Assembly: GCA_000388065.2 (NCBI GenBank)
Contig: KB932202.1
DNA length: 39,875 nt
Reading direction: 5' to 3' (one strand)
From: Fonticula alba ATCC 38817
Taxonomy: Eukaryota > Protista > Nucleariida
The notes below the pieces were generated by a model. That model ran no database searches. It was not told where the DNA came from and saw only the letters and a program-made list of their open reading frames with translations. The translations under genes and the position numbers were made by a program. Below, one piece after another: positions 1 to 12,800 of the stretch (its first letter is position 1; every line of letters starts with the position of its first letter).

Positions 1-1454
1 GGGGGGGGGGGGAGGTGTCTTGCGGCCGCCGCGCGCGCTCCCCCCATGCGGCTTCCGCCCTCGCTCCGTCCCGTCCCCCTCTCTGTCGCACACATATGCA
101 CGCGCCGTGCCGCTTCCCCCTCCGCCCCTGCACGGAGCGTGTACTGCACCGCGCCCTATGTATGCACTCACGCGCATGCGACGCATTCTGCCCCCCCCCC
201 CCCCCCCCCCCCCCCCACGCCTATACCTGTTTCCCCCTCACAACCCCAAATCCACTTGCCTCTGCAGCATCCACTCTCCGCTGCCTTGTCTCCCTGTGCT
301 TGTTCATTTGCCCTCTTCCTCGCGCGCCGCCCCATGCATTTGGCTGGGCAGGCAGACCATCGGCGAGGATGTCCTCCACAGCGGGGGGGGGGGGGGTGTG
401 TCGTGTGGGGGGGGAGGAGGGCGAGTTCCTGTTTTTGTTTTTGGGCCGCCGCCAGCGAGTGGCAGGCTCCTTGCGGCGCGCGCATTCTTCACTTGCGGAG
501 CCTGCTGTTGTCTCCCCTGCGAAAGACCACCGAGCTGGACAACCGGCCCGGCCCGTAACTGGGGTCGCCTTAACTTAGAGTCACATGCGGAGATCACCAG
601 ATCACCAAGCAGACACCGGACCCTGGCGCTCCGCGGCATGCACCCAGCCGCTGGGACCCGGCGGCTGCCCTACCCGCGACCCGGCCGGGAAGGGTGGGAT
701 GTTCGGCTGCGGGATGTGCACGGCGCCCTGTGATGGTTCCCCCTGGCGCGGTGGCAGGGGAGGCGGGGGCACCGAGCAGGATCATCTGGCAACGGCGGCC
801 GCGCGTGTGGCCGTTGGCTAGATCGCCCTTCCGGGTGTTCGGCGGGCCGGGGGGCGCAGGGTCGGGGGGGGGGGGGGGGGGGGGGGGGGGAACAATGGAA
901 CGCGGTCTTTCGTGGGCACAGGTGGGCCTGGAGGCGGGCGGGCTGGCGGAAATAACAACAACAATAACAACAACTTGATATTTCCAAGACCGGGTCTTCG
1001 CGTATCTCTTTTTCTCCCCCCGCCCCCGGGTGGAAAGGAGGCGGCGGCGAGGGCGCCGCGTTAGACCGCCCGCCCAAGGCTCGGGGGTGCCGTGAGCTCC
1101 GGTCGCCGCCCGGAGGGGGGGCACAAAGGCTCCGGGGGGAGGGGGGGGGGGGGGGGGGGGGGGGGGGCCGTGGGGCTGCGGGGTGTCTTACAAAGACCGT
1201 CCGATGGCCGAGCCAGGCGCAGCCGGGGGTGCATCAAGAAAACCCCTGGCGTGCCCCGCATGGAAGTGACATGACCGTCGGCATATGGGGACCAAATAGC
1301 ATCTCACTTCGGGGAGGCTGCTTGCCGCGCGCAGATGGGCGAGGCCCTCTCCGAGGGATGGGGGGGGGGGGGCGACAGGTGTTGTGTGTCCTGAGGGGGG
1401 GAATCCATATACGCTCATGGATATGCATGTGCCTTTGTGGGTGGGTACTTGAAA

Positions 1455-2269
1455 NNNNNNNNNNNNNNNNNNNNNNNNNNNNNNNNNNNNNNNNNNNNNN
1501 NNNNNNNNNNNNNNNNNNNNNNNNNNNNNNNNNNNNNNNNNNNNNNNNNNNNNNNNNNNNNNNNNNNNNNNNNNNNNNNNNNNNNNNNNNNNNNNNNNNN
1601 NNNNNNNNNNNNNNNNNNNNNNNNNNNNNNNNNNNNNNNNNNNNNNNNNNNNNNNNNNNNNNNNNNNNNNNNNNNNNNNNNNNNNNNNNNNNNNNNNNNN
1701 NNNNNNNNNNNNNNNNNNNNNNNNNNNNNNNNNNNNNNNNNNNNNNNNNNNNNNNNNNNNNNNNNNNNNNNNNNNNNNNNNNNNNNNNNNNNNNNNNNNN
1801 NNNNNNNNNNNNNNNNNNNNNNNNNNNNNNNNNNNNNNNNNNNNNNNNNNNNNNNNNNNNNNNNNNNNNNNNNNNNNNNNNNNNNNNNNNNNNNNNNNNN
1901 NNNNNNNNNNNNNNNNNNNNNNNNNNNNNNNNNNNNNNNNNNNNNNNNNNNNNNNNNNNNNNNNNNNNNNNNNNNNNNNNNNNNNNNNNNNNNNNNNNNN
2001 NNNNNNNNNNNNNNNNNNNNNNNNNNNNNNNNNNNNNNNNNNNNNNNNNNNNNNNNNNNNNNNNNNNNNNNNNNNNNNNNNNNNNNNNNNNNNNNNNNNN
2101 NNNNNNNNNNNNNNNNNNNNNNNNNNNNNNNNNNNNNNNNNNNNNNNNNNNNNNNNNNNNNNNNNNNNNNNNNNNNNNNNNNNNNNNNNNNNNNNNNNNN
2201 NNNNNNNNNNNNNNNNNNNNNNNNNNNNNNNNNNNNNNNNNNNNNNNNNNNNNNNNNNNNNNNNNNNNN
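1455..2269. other. Assembly gap (815 N)
   Basis: Run of N; ORFs spanning it are artefacts. Confidence 1.
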
Positions 2270-2954
2270 GGGGGGCGGCGTCCGCGCGAAGGGTGCGCCT
2301 TCAAGACCCTGGGGCGCCGCCGGGGGCGGCCAAAAAATAACAACGCCTGTTTCCGGGGCCCGGCAGGCGGTTGGCGGATGGCCCCCATCGCCCGCAACTG
2401 GGTAGGCCTTGCTGGTGGGCAGCCCGGGCGCGCGCGCGCGCGTTTCTCAGGCGTCGCCGGCGAAAGTGAGCGGGCTGGCCTCTCCGCAGGTGCGTGGGTC
2501 TGTGCACACGCGTTTCGCCCCCCCCCCCCCCCGCGGGAGGGCCTCATTTTGGCGCTGGGGCGCGCGCACGCGCGCGCGCGGGTGGTGCATGGAGTCCGGG
2601 CGGCCGCCAGCCGCGACCCTCTTTTTCTCGCTCGCACGGCCCATCTGTCCCCCGGCCGGTGGGGCCGGCGCGCGGCCAGCGCGGGAATGCGCGCGCTCCC
2701 GCCCCCCTCCAGCCCGTCGCACGGCGTGCGGCGTCAGTCGCCCCCCGCCCCCACTTCCCGGTCCGGCGACGGGAGCAGGGGAAGCAGCGGGGGGGGGGGG
2801 GGGGGGGGATGATCCCGGCCCTGCCTCGGCTTGCCCCCCCCCCCCCCCCCCCGCCCCCGAGGCCCGGCCGCCAGTGGGGGAATCTCAGCCCGCGCGCGCC
2901 GGCGCTCGGCCCCGGGGCAGAGATAAAAGTCCACCTCTCCCCCACGCCCGGCCC

Positions 2955-4047
2955 ATGGGTCTTCCCCTCATGACCCCTCCCTCCCCGCCCCTCCACCCCC
3001 CACCCGCTGCACCCCCCCTGCCCCCGCCCTTCGTCGTGAGGTCCCACAACGTCAGTATCAACGCCGCCCCCGAGGACGGCCGCCACCTGCTCTCCAGTGA
3101 GTACGACGATTGGCACTCTTCTTCCGACATCCCCACCGGTAGCTCGTCGGCAGCCACCTCGCCGCTCCCGCCGCACATGAGCCCCAGCTCATCGCCGCCG
3201 CCGCCGGCGCCCGTCGAGGGCGCGATGCCGGTCCCGGTGTCCCCCCGGCCGCAGGGGTCCGGCGACCCGATGGCCGGGTCGCCGCCCTTCCCTGTTGCGT
3301 CGCCCGCCTCGCGCGGGCATCCCCACATCCCGATGAGCACCCTGTCCCCGCCGCCGGAAGCCGCCGCCGGCGATCCGGTGCCGCAGGTGGCCGGGTTCCC
3401 CATGCCGGCCGACGGCCCGGCCGATCAGCCGGCCGCCCCCCTGTCCACCACCAACCAGCTGCTGCAGTACCACCACTCGATGCTGGTCATGCGCGATCGC
3501 CTGGACCGCGAGGAGGAGCGCGTCCTGCAGAGCCTCGATGCCGCGGCCCTCGAGGATGACACCCGCCTGCCGGATCCCTTCGTGCCGAACCCCGTGGCCC
3601 TGGAGGCCCTGCACAACCTGCCCTCCCCCGGGCCTCTCTCCGGCGGCCGGTCTCGGTCTTCCAGCGTGCGTGGCCCCATCTCCCCAGCCCCTGTCCTTTC
3701 GCTGCCCGCCCGCCCCGCCCNNNNNNNNNNNNNNNNNNNNNNNNNNNNNNNNNNNNNNNNNNNNNNNNNNNNNNNNNNNNNNNNNNNNNNNNNNNNNNNN
3801 NNNNNNNNNNNNNNNNNNNNNNNNNNNNNNNNNNNNNNNNNNNNNNNNNNNNNNNNNNNNNNNNNNNNNNNNNNNNNNNNNNNNNNNNNNNNNNNNNNNN
3901 NNNNNNNNNNNNNNNNNNNNNNNNNNNNNNNNNNNNNNNNNNNNNNNNNNNNNNNNNNNNNNNNNNNNNNNNNNNNNNNNCCCCAGGTCCCGTTCGGGCG
4001 GGTGTACTTTCCCGGTGCCACTCCCCCCCCCCCCCCCCCCCCCCCCC

Positions 4048-4085
<38 letters not shown>

Positions 4086-7000
4086 CCCCGCCCCGCCCCG
4101 CTCCCCCCCCCCTCTCCCGGCCTGTGGCCTTGTCTGCCTGCCTGCCTGCCTCCTGACGCGATTTGGCCACGTTTCCCTGCTGCCGGCCGATGTTTGCCCT
4201 TGATGCCGGGTTCCTCTTCCGGGTCCCTGTCTGCCGCCGGCCCGCCCGCATCCCGACCCTCCAGCATATTTATGATGATCTGGCCCCCGGGCGCGTGTCG
4301 CGCTCTGGATCCTTGCGCATGAGCAGCAGCAATGCCGCAGCTGCGGCAGCCGCGGCCGCGGCCGCCGAGCGCGAGCACGAGCGCGAGGTGGCCCGGCAAG
4401 TCCGCCGGCGCCTGCGCGCCACCCAGCACCATCACCACCACCACCAGGGCCAGGAGTCCGATGGTGGAAGCAGCAGCAGCGATGGCGACAGCGATGGGGA
4501 CTTCTCCTCGGACGATGGCATCTCCTCGTCGTCGGCCGGGCAGGTCCGGCTCCCGGGCGGCCTCTTTGGCACCGGGCACGGGTACAACCCGGGGGATCCG
4601 TATGCTCCGGGGCCCCTCAGCGGCCCGGTGCACAGCGTGCCGATGCCCGCCGACCGGCGCCCGGCCTCGGTGTCCTTCGACACTCCCTCCTCGAGCGTGG
4701 CCGATCCGCCGCTCACGTCGCTGGCCCGGGTGCCCTCCTCGGCCGGGGCCCGGTACCTCCGGCGTAGCGTCAGCCGGTCGAGCACCTCCCACTCGGCGGC
4801 CGCGGCGGCCGCCGTGGCCGCTACCCTGTCTCCGGGCGGGTACCATCCGCTCTTGCAGCAGGACCCCGACTATCATGATGGCTATCAGACCGCCGCATAT
4901 GCCACCAACCATCATGACTCGGCCCCCGACCTGCACGAGCACATGAGCCGGACCTCCTCCCTGCGGCGGTCCCGCAGCGGCCCCAGCAGCGGCCCCGGCG
5001 GCATCACCACAATCAATGCCGAACTGCACAACACCATCGATCCCTAGTGCGTGTGGGGGGCCCTCCCTTTGCGCCTTCCGCCGGTGGGCTCCTCCCCGAT
5101 GCCGTCTCTTCGGAGCCACTTACCCCTCCCTCGCCCGCACTGCTTGTGTTGTTACCCCCCCTCCCCCTTCCGCAGCTCGACCACCAGTGAGCCCAAGGGC
5201 GATCTTAATGTGCGTATATGCGTTTGTGCTCCATGGCCGCGTGCACATATGGCCGGCCGATCGCCCCGCCTGCGCTCTCTGTTCCACTCATGCTCCTCGT
5301 TCCACTTACGCCCTCTTGTTCCCACCGCTCTCTCTCTCTCTCTCTCTCTGCTTCTCCCCCGCCCCTCGCAGGATGTGGTCATCATGCCGCAGGAAGCCAT
5401 CGGCAAGGTCCGCCTGTCGCAGCTGAACCATTTCATCTTCCAGTCGAACATCGGCTACTCGGACGATCCAAACTACCTGCCGCCATTTGACGATGCGCAT
5501 GGGGCCGACATGGGTGTCACCACGATGGACGGTGTCGCACCGCCCAGCGGCAGCTGGATCCCCTTCCGCGACATCCCTACCACCTTCAAGGAGGACGCGG
5601 TGCGTGGTTTCCCTCCCTTTCCTTCCCCTTGCGCCCCCTCCCCCCCGCGTCTTGCCGCCCCACTGTCCGTGTAGCCAGCACACCGTCTGACCAGCTCCCT
5701 CTCCCCTCCCTCCAATGTGCAGCTGCCTGCCGACACGCGCTTCACCTTCTTCCAGCCACGCCATGGCGTCCTGCTGGCCGATGAGCTGGCCGGCCTGCGG
5801 TCGTCCATCCTCTACCAGGCCATTCGCGAGGGCACCTTCTGGCTGGATGTCTACCAGGCCACCTCGGCCGAGATGAGCACCATTGCCGAGGTGCGCGTGG
5901 CGCTTGGCGCGCCGTCTTGTGATGTGCTCCCTTCATCCCTTCCCTCCCCCTCCAGCCCTGTCGCCTGACCCCCCTTTGGTGCTCCCCGATCCCTTCGTCT
6001 GCTGTCTTCTGTGTGTGGCCGGTTGCAGATCTTCGGCATCCACCCCCTCACCATTGAGGATATCCATGTTGGCGAGAGCCGCGAGAAGGTGGAATTTTAT
6101 GACGGCTACGCCTTCATCTCAATCAATGCCCTGGAGGGCCGCGGGTGCGCCGGTTCTTCCATGCCTCTTCCTGCTTGCCGCTCGCCCCCCCCCCCCGCCC
6201 CCACCACTTCCGTCACGGAACTTCTCATGTCTGATTCGCATGTTCCCATCCCCCTCCCCCCTCTCTCCCCCCTCGTGCGTGGCCTCGCCGCAGCATCGAG
6301 ACCGACAGCGTGTATCTCGTCGTGTGCGAGCAGTATGTCATGTCCTTCCGGAAGTCGGCCACGGCTCTCCCTTCGTGGGTTGTGCTGGATCGGCTGTTCC
6401 GCATGTCGCAGCGCGTGCAGCTCACTTCCAGCTGGATTCTTTGGGCCATGCTGGACCACATTGTCGACGCGTACATCCCCGTCGTCAAGCAGCTGGAAGG
6501 TGTCTGCGAGGATATCGACCATCTGGTCATGTATCTGAAGGAAACCGAGCACAGCGATATGCTCTGGTGCGCGCGCGCGCGCGGGGGCGCCATTCGCCGG
6601 GTTCCCTTTTGCCGGTCTCCGCTGTTTGACTTTTACTGATGTCCTGTATTGCTGTTTCCCTCTCGTCGCCACCTCGTCCTTCCTCCGGCTGTGTGTGTGT
6701 GTGGTGCTACATAGGCGTATTTCAAACTCCTTCAAATCTGTCGGCCAGTTCCGGCGCCTGCTCAGCTCCAAGACTGAGCTCTTCAAGGTCCTCCTGTCGG
6801 CCGGCCGGCGCGGTGGCACCGCTCTGCGCTTCACCCTGGCTCACGATACCACGCTCTATATCATGGATATTCACGATCAGTGCGTGGTTATGGCCACACA
6901 GGGCGTGGTTCCTTTCCTGCCCCCCCCCCTCCCCCCCTGCTCCCTCTATCTGTCTTTGCCACATGACGCTGCCTTTCGCGCGATGCCTTGCTTCCCCTGC

Positions 7001-7379
7001 TTGTCTTGCTCCCCCTCGCCGCTCTTCTCCACGCTCTGACTCTCGACGCTCACCCCCGCCCGCAGTGTCATCAGCATGTCCCAGATGCTTTCTCAGTTCT
7101 CCACCGGCCTGAAGCGGTCGCGTGAAACCTACGTGTCCAAGATCGATGTCGAGCTTGCCCTGGCCTCCAACCAGATGAACCGCATCGTCAAGACCCTGAC
7201 CGGTGTCACGGCTATCGTGCTGCCGCTGTCGTTGTGGTCCGGTGCGTTCTGCCTCCCCTCCCTCCCTCCCTCCCTCGCACACGCTCGCCGCTCACCTTCT
7301 TGCTGCCACACTGTTCTTACCTGTCTGCTTCCGTTTTCTCCGTCTTCCGTTGGTTGGCTGCTCTCTGTGCGCGTGCCTG

Positions 7380-7412
<33 letters not shown>

Positions 7413-7562
7413 CCTCCCTCCCCCGACGTTCCAGGTATCTGGGGTATGAACGTCCCGGTCCCCGGCGAGGAGAACGACAACGCCTTCATGATTATGATGA
7501 TTTCCATGGGCCTGACTGCGTTGCTGATGACGGTCATCGGCCTGAAGTTCAACTGGTTCTGA
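2955..7562 (+). CDS. corA: CorA-family (fungal ALR1/MNR2-like) Mg2+ transporter, ~926 aa, 10 exons
   Basis: Exons 2955-3665, 4265-5046, 5176-5209, 5372-5599, 5723-5890, 6029-6144, 6294-6566, 6715-6879, 7066-7241, 7435-7562; all GT-AG and phase-compatible. The spliced product has FWLDV, IFGIHPLTIEDI..ESREKVE, LDHIVDAYIP, NQMNRIVKTLT and two C-terminal hydrophobic helices around the GMN signature (7443-7451). A long Pro/Ser-rich N-terminus resembles fungal ALR proteins. The start is ATG 2955 or 2970. Intron 1 spans the N-gap 3721-3980, so a hidden exon cannot be excluded. Confidence 0.95.
3721..3980. other. Assembly gap (260 N) inside intron 1 of the CorA gene
   Basis: Run of N between donor 3666 and acceptor 4264. 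Confidence 1.
3981..4022 (+). repeat. 42-nt exact duplicate of 8243-8284 at a gap edge
   Basis: ccccaggtcccgttcgggcgggtgtactttcccggtgccact occurs at both places, each followed by poly-C. Confidence 0.95.
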
Positions 7563-7720
7563 GTAAGAGGCCCGGCCGCGCAGTGGAATGTGCGCGTGTC
7601 ATGTCGGGGATCTTTCGAGGCCCACTTGCAGCAGCAGCGGCAGCAGCAGCAGCAGCATCTCTCTCCCTCCCCTCTTTCTCCTGGTCTGAGGGACGGACGA
7701 GGGGCCAGCCTTGTTTTACC

Positions 7721-7833
7721 TGTGTATGTGTGCGCGCATGTGCATGTGCATGTGCATGTGTGTGTGCGTGTGTGCAAGCAGGCGGACCGGTATATCAGGC
7801 CCATACACTATGCACACAGCACACACACACATA

Positions 7834-7869
<36 letters not shown>

Positions 7870-7900
7870 CACCGAGGCACGCGCATGTGTGTATATGGCC
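7721..7900. repeat. Compound alternating purine-pyrimidine microsatellite (TG-rich tract, then CA/(ACGC)n tract)
   Basis: tgtgtatgtgtgcgcgcatgtgca... followed by cacacacac and (acgc)n at 7833-7870. Confidence 0.9.
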
Positions 7901-9329
7901 ATCGCACATATATGCACGACGCCGTATCTTGCAACCAACCAAATAGAAGTGATCTTTTTACCTGCCGCTCTTTGCTGCTTCTGGAAGGCGGGGCGCGAGG
8001 AAAGGGGGCCCCGCGATAACCGTGCGTGGGGCGGGGCGGGGCGCAAGGACGCGCGACGCACGCGCGCGCGCGCGCGCACTTGCGCGCACTTTCACACCGT
8101 CTGCGGCCGCGGGTCGGGCCATACTCGCGCACACACGAGCACAAGAACGAATGAGATCGGTCGCGCCCGATAGTCGCGTGACCACATCACATGGAGCTAG
8201 TTTTGTGTGTTCCCCGCCCCACCTAATCCTGGACCGTATTTTCCCCAGGTCCCGTTCGGGCGGGTGTACTTTCCCGGTGCCACTCCCCCCCCCCCCCCCT
8301 CCCGCCCCCGTTTCAGGATTTCTCCCCCTCGCCGGCTGCCGGGCGCGCCGGGTCGCGGGTCCTTGTCATGGTGTGTGGCGCCGCCCGGGGCCGCGGGAGG
8401 AACCCAGGGCGCGAAGGGCGCAGGGCCGATCGGTGTGCGGCGTGCGCGCGTGTCCCTCCGCCGGCCAGCCGGCTGCGTCTTCTCGGGGCCGGGGCCCAGG
8501 GGTTGGCCGGGGGCGGTGAGGGGCTCCTTTTGCACGACGCCCGGCCCGATCGGCGCGCGCTGACTCCCACGGAGGCAGGCTGACACGTAACTGATGGTGT
8601 GTGGGTCCGGGGCGGGGGCGGGGGCGGGGGGGGTGAGGTGCTCGGGTCCGGCCCCCCTCTCCCGACGCGCAGGCCCTTGCTATGTGCGTTTGCGCTTGGG
8701 GGGGGGGGGGGGGGGAGGGGGACGTTCTCTGTCCTTTTTGCGCGTCCACCCGCGCGCTCCAAGCGCCCATGGGGGGGGGGGGCGGAGGCTCGGAACTGGT
8801 GCACCTCCTGCTCGGTGTGCGACCCCCAGTTCCGGGCGGACCTGCTCCAGCGCGGGTGTCCTGACACATTTCGGCCCTCCCCCCGTGCGGGGCCCTCGTC
8901 TGGGACGGTCAGTGGATTCCCCGTCGGCCTGTCTCGCCTCCCGGGACGCGGGGTGCGTGCACCCGATACCCGGCGGGAAACTGGGCATATTCCGCGCGCG
9001 CCCCCGCCCCTGCCCCTTACTCCTGCTCTTTCTCTCGGTGCTTGGGAGGGCGAGGGGCAAAGAAGGGCGTCGTCCAACGGGCCCCAGGGGCCTCAAAAGC
9101 ATGGGCCAGCCATCTTCCCTGTTAAGAAAGGCGCCGGCAGCCGCGGCATCCCCCCCGGAGGGGATGCGCCGACTGGTTTTTTTTTGTCCCCGCTTCGCTG
9201 CCGGGGCACACGCAGGCCGGCGGCGCAGGCCCGGCCCGGGTACATTCCTCTGGCGAGATCGCCGCGCAGGGAGATTGCACGGGCCAGCCCCACCCTCGAT
9301 CACCCCCCACGAGTGGCATTAGCTAACAC

Positions 9330-9352
9330 NNNNNNNNNNNNNNNNNNNNNNN
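9330..9352. other. Assembly gap (23 N)
   Basis: Run of N. Confidence 1.
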
Positions 9353-9778
9353 AGGGAGGGGGCCAGTCGGCGGGAGAACTACGCCAAACGCTTGGCGTCA
9401 TTAATTGTTGGGCCGGCCAACAAGGATAATCGTTCAGCGTAGGGCGAGGTGTCAAGACCATAACACGCTGCGAGATGCGAAGAGGAAACCAGGCGGAGCC
9501 GGGCGGAGCGGGGCGGGGGAGCAGCCGAGCCGCGGAGCACGCCAACGGCACTGCCAGCCTGCCCGTTGGGGGGATGTTGACGCCAGCCGTGCAAGGGCCG
9601 ATTTTCACGCCCACGCCTGCTCTGAGGCGATCCCGCCCCCGGGAATCTGAGCGAGGTTAACAGAATCATGGCCAGATGAAGCGCTTGGACCGTGGCGAAC
9701 CTAGGAGGGCAATGCATCCTCGGTGGCCCCCCCCCCCCCCCCCGGTCACCACAGAGAGCACCCTTCTTGGGCCTCATT

Positions 9779-9809
<31 letters not shown>

Positions 9810-9828
9810 GCGCGCGCCCCCTCCCCAT

Positions 9829-12800
9829 ATGTCTGCCTCCTTCACGACGGACGGCCCGCCAGACACCCACGCCTCGAGTCCCCGCCAGGCTCCGGGCCCC
9901 GGGGTGGTCGAGCCCAGCCCCGAGTCCACCCTGTCGGACTTCGATTCGGACTTCGCCCCCTCCACCTCGGAGCTGTTGCCCCTGAGCACGGAGGAGAGCG
10001 CCAGCCCGCCAGGGGCAGCCGGCCCGGCGGCAGTCGCCACAGTGACAAGTCCGCCGGGAGCATCTGGCCCGGGGCCACAGGCCGCCGGGCCGATCCCAGC
10101 ACTGCCAGGCGCCGATGCTCGCGCGCGGTCCGTCTCGCTGTCGGGCCTCGGTGGGGGTGGCGCTGGCGGCGGCCCCCTGCCCTCCAGCCCGGCGGCCCCG
10201 GTCACCTCTTTCCAGCCGACCCCGAGCATGCTGCGCTCGGTGCGCGATGAGGCGGTGCTGGCGTCGCTCACCAGCGGCGCCGCCCCGCTTGGCATCGTGC
10301 TGAGCCTCCCATCGGTGGACAGCCTGACCCTGAATGTCGACTCGGCGGCCGGCACGGCCGGGCCCGGTGCCGCCACCCTGCCGGAGCCTCGGCTGTCGTC
10401 CTCCTACTCCGGGCCATCCTCCGGGCCGGGCTGGCCGGACACCGGGCTGTCGCCACCGTCATCCGGGGCCACCTCGCCGCCGCCAGGCCCGGCTGGCGAG
10501 TGGGTGCCCCCCCTGCCGCCGGGCTTGGAGACCGGCCAGCCGCCGGCCGCGGCGGCTCCCCTGGCGGCGCTCATTTCCTCGCCGCTCTTCGAGTCACTTG
10601 GGTCCCTGCGGCGGACCTTCGGCACGGTGCTCGGTCCGTCGGGCTCCAACTCCCTGTCCTTCCTGTCCTCCTTGTCGGGGATCTCCGGGCTTGGCGGGTC
10701 GTCCCCCGCGCGACACCCCCCCGCCTCCAGCGGTGCCGGCCCCGGGGCCGGCCCCGGGGCCGGCATTGACCCTGCCCTGCGGCGATTCATCGCGGAGTCC
10801 AGCGCCGGCTCGGGCGGCGCGGCGGTCGCCGACTCCGGGTGGAATGTGGCCGCCTTGGCATGTGCCCTGCGCGATGTGGCCCACAGCCCGGATTCGGACT
10901 TGGACGATGTGGCCCTGGTGTCGGGCTCCGGGGCCGGGGCGGCCGAAATCCGGCGGCGGTTCCCGGTGTGCGCGCGCCTGCGCCTGCGCCGGTATCTGGC
11001 CCGGCCGCCGCAATTTCGCTGGTCTAGTCCGGTTGGGGCGGCGCTGGCCGAGCGCCTGCGGCCGGCGGCTGGCCAGTCGACCGCCACGCGCGACCAGCTC
11101 TCCGGCGCCCTGGCAGCGCCGCATGTGTCCTGGCTGGTGATCGCCATCGGGGCCGGGCGTCCGAGTGTCGGCTTCTCGCATGCCGGCCCGGCCGAAGGGG
11201 TGACCGAGTGTGTGCGCCTGCTGCTGGCCTGCGGGGCCCGGGCTTGCGGGTGTCTGGATGCGCTGCATGCGGCGCCGTCGGTCGGCTTTGCCGGGGCCGG
11301 GCTGCTGACCGGGCCGGAGCCCGGCTGCCGGGGGTCCCCGAGCACTGGGCACTCTCACTGGCCGCCGCTCATGGAAAATGCCGTGGCCCTGGGAGCCGCG
11401 CTGCGGGCCCTGTCGGATGCGCGCTTCACGCGCACCGGCGGCACCACCGGCCCGGGCTTCAGTCGGTTGGGCCCGGCCCGGCGTGTTTACCGGTCGGTCC
11501 TGCGCCTGCGCGCGCGGCTCAAGGAGGGCCTTGCCGCGCTGAATGACCGCACGGTCGCCCCGGACCCGGACACCATCCGGGCCCTGACCTTCGTCGATCC
11601 CGAGGGCGAGGCCGACGCGGCCGTGGTCCTGGAGCCGGTCGAGCGCCGGGTCGACGATCTCCTCTGGACCGCCTTCACGCTGATCCGGCACGGCGCCCTC
11701 CGGCATGAGAGTCCCTGGTGGCCGGCGCCCGAGGGGTGCGTCGCGCGCATGTTTTTCTCTCTCTCTCTCCCTCTCTCTCCCTCTCTCTCCCTCTCTATCT
11801 CTCCCTCTCTCCCTCTCTATCTCTCTCTCTTTCTCTCTCTCTCTTTCTCCCTCTCCCTCCCCCCTCTCTTCCTCTCTCTCTCTCTCCCTCCCCCCTCTCT
11901 TCCTCTCTCTCTCTCTCTCCCTCCCCCCTCTCTTCCTCTCTCTCTCTCTCTCCCTCCCCCCTCTCTTCCTCTCCGCCGCCCGCTTCGTTCGATTGACCCT
12001 CCGTTCCTCTCATCCGTCCGTGTGTGCATTCTAGGGACCGGTCTGATGACCCGCTGCCGGCGCCCGTGGTCGCGGCCCTGGTGGCCGGGGCCGGCCTGCC
12101 GCTGGGGCTTTTCCTGATCTACCACCGGCGGTATGCATATGATGACAGCGCTGCCGGCACCTATCGGGCCCCCTACGCGCTGGAGCCTCCCCCGGGGCCC
12201 GGGCTGTCGGAATACGGCACTTCCGAGGAGGTGGCCCGCTGGAATGCCGACCTGACGGCCAGCGGGGAGATTCGCGCCCGATGCGAGGAGGTCCTCCAGA
12301 CGCTCGGCACGCTGGGCTCCCTGGCGGCGTTGGGGCTGGCGGCATCGGCCGCTCCCGCCGACTCGGGGATGGACCAGTGGCGCAATCGCGTTGAGAGCCT
12401 GGTCCTCGGGACGTCGCTGGCCAGTTGTGGCGTGTGCACGGTGTCGGTGGCCGATGCGCCGACATGCCAGCATGGGCATCTGGCCAGCGGGGCGGCCAGC
12501 CCGCCGGCACACCGTCCGGCCTCCGGGACCCCCTCCCCCCCGGGGGCCGGGTCCCCCTCGTCGCCATTGCCGGCATCGGGGTCCTTCCCCCGGCAGGGGC
12601 TGCCCGAGACGGCCGAGTCACGGCCGAGTCTGTTGTCGGCCAGCCTGCGGGCCGACGCGGCGCCTCGCCCGGTCGACGACACGTGCTGCCCGTGTGCGGC
12701 CTTCCTCGAGAAGCTACTTGAGCCGGTGGGGTCGGCCGACTCGGGCGTCGACCCGCCTCTCTGCCAGTCGCTGGTGCCCTTTGCCTCGCCACTTGCCCAT

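Noticed and set aside
340-733. Possible terminal exons of a plus-strand gene entering from the left (QTIGEDVLHS; TTELDNRPGP*; or ...WDVRLRDVHGAL*)
   Set aside because: Some codons look GC3-rich, but there is no GTRCGY donor, no unambiguous phase join and no recognisable motif, so a model cannot be supported.
1229-2812. ORFs spanning N-gaps (also 23954-26336 and 22896-24437)
   Set aside because: Their length comes from untranslatable N runs.
7590-8173. ORFs with (HART)n, (CV)n, (ER)n or (LS)n peptides here and throughout the window
   Set aside because: They are translations of microsatellites in introns or spacers.
8599-8900. Cys-containing stretch RNWCTSCSVCDPQF in the intergenic ORF
   Set aside because: It has no convincing start or splice structure, and it coincides with a DNA/RNA hairpin that may explain the sequence.
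11197-11238. GVTECVRLLLACGA resembles the second half of an ankyrin repeat
   Set aside because: It is a single partial match without the TPLH motif or neighbouring repeats.
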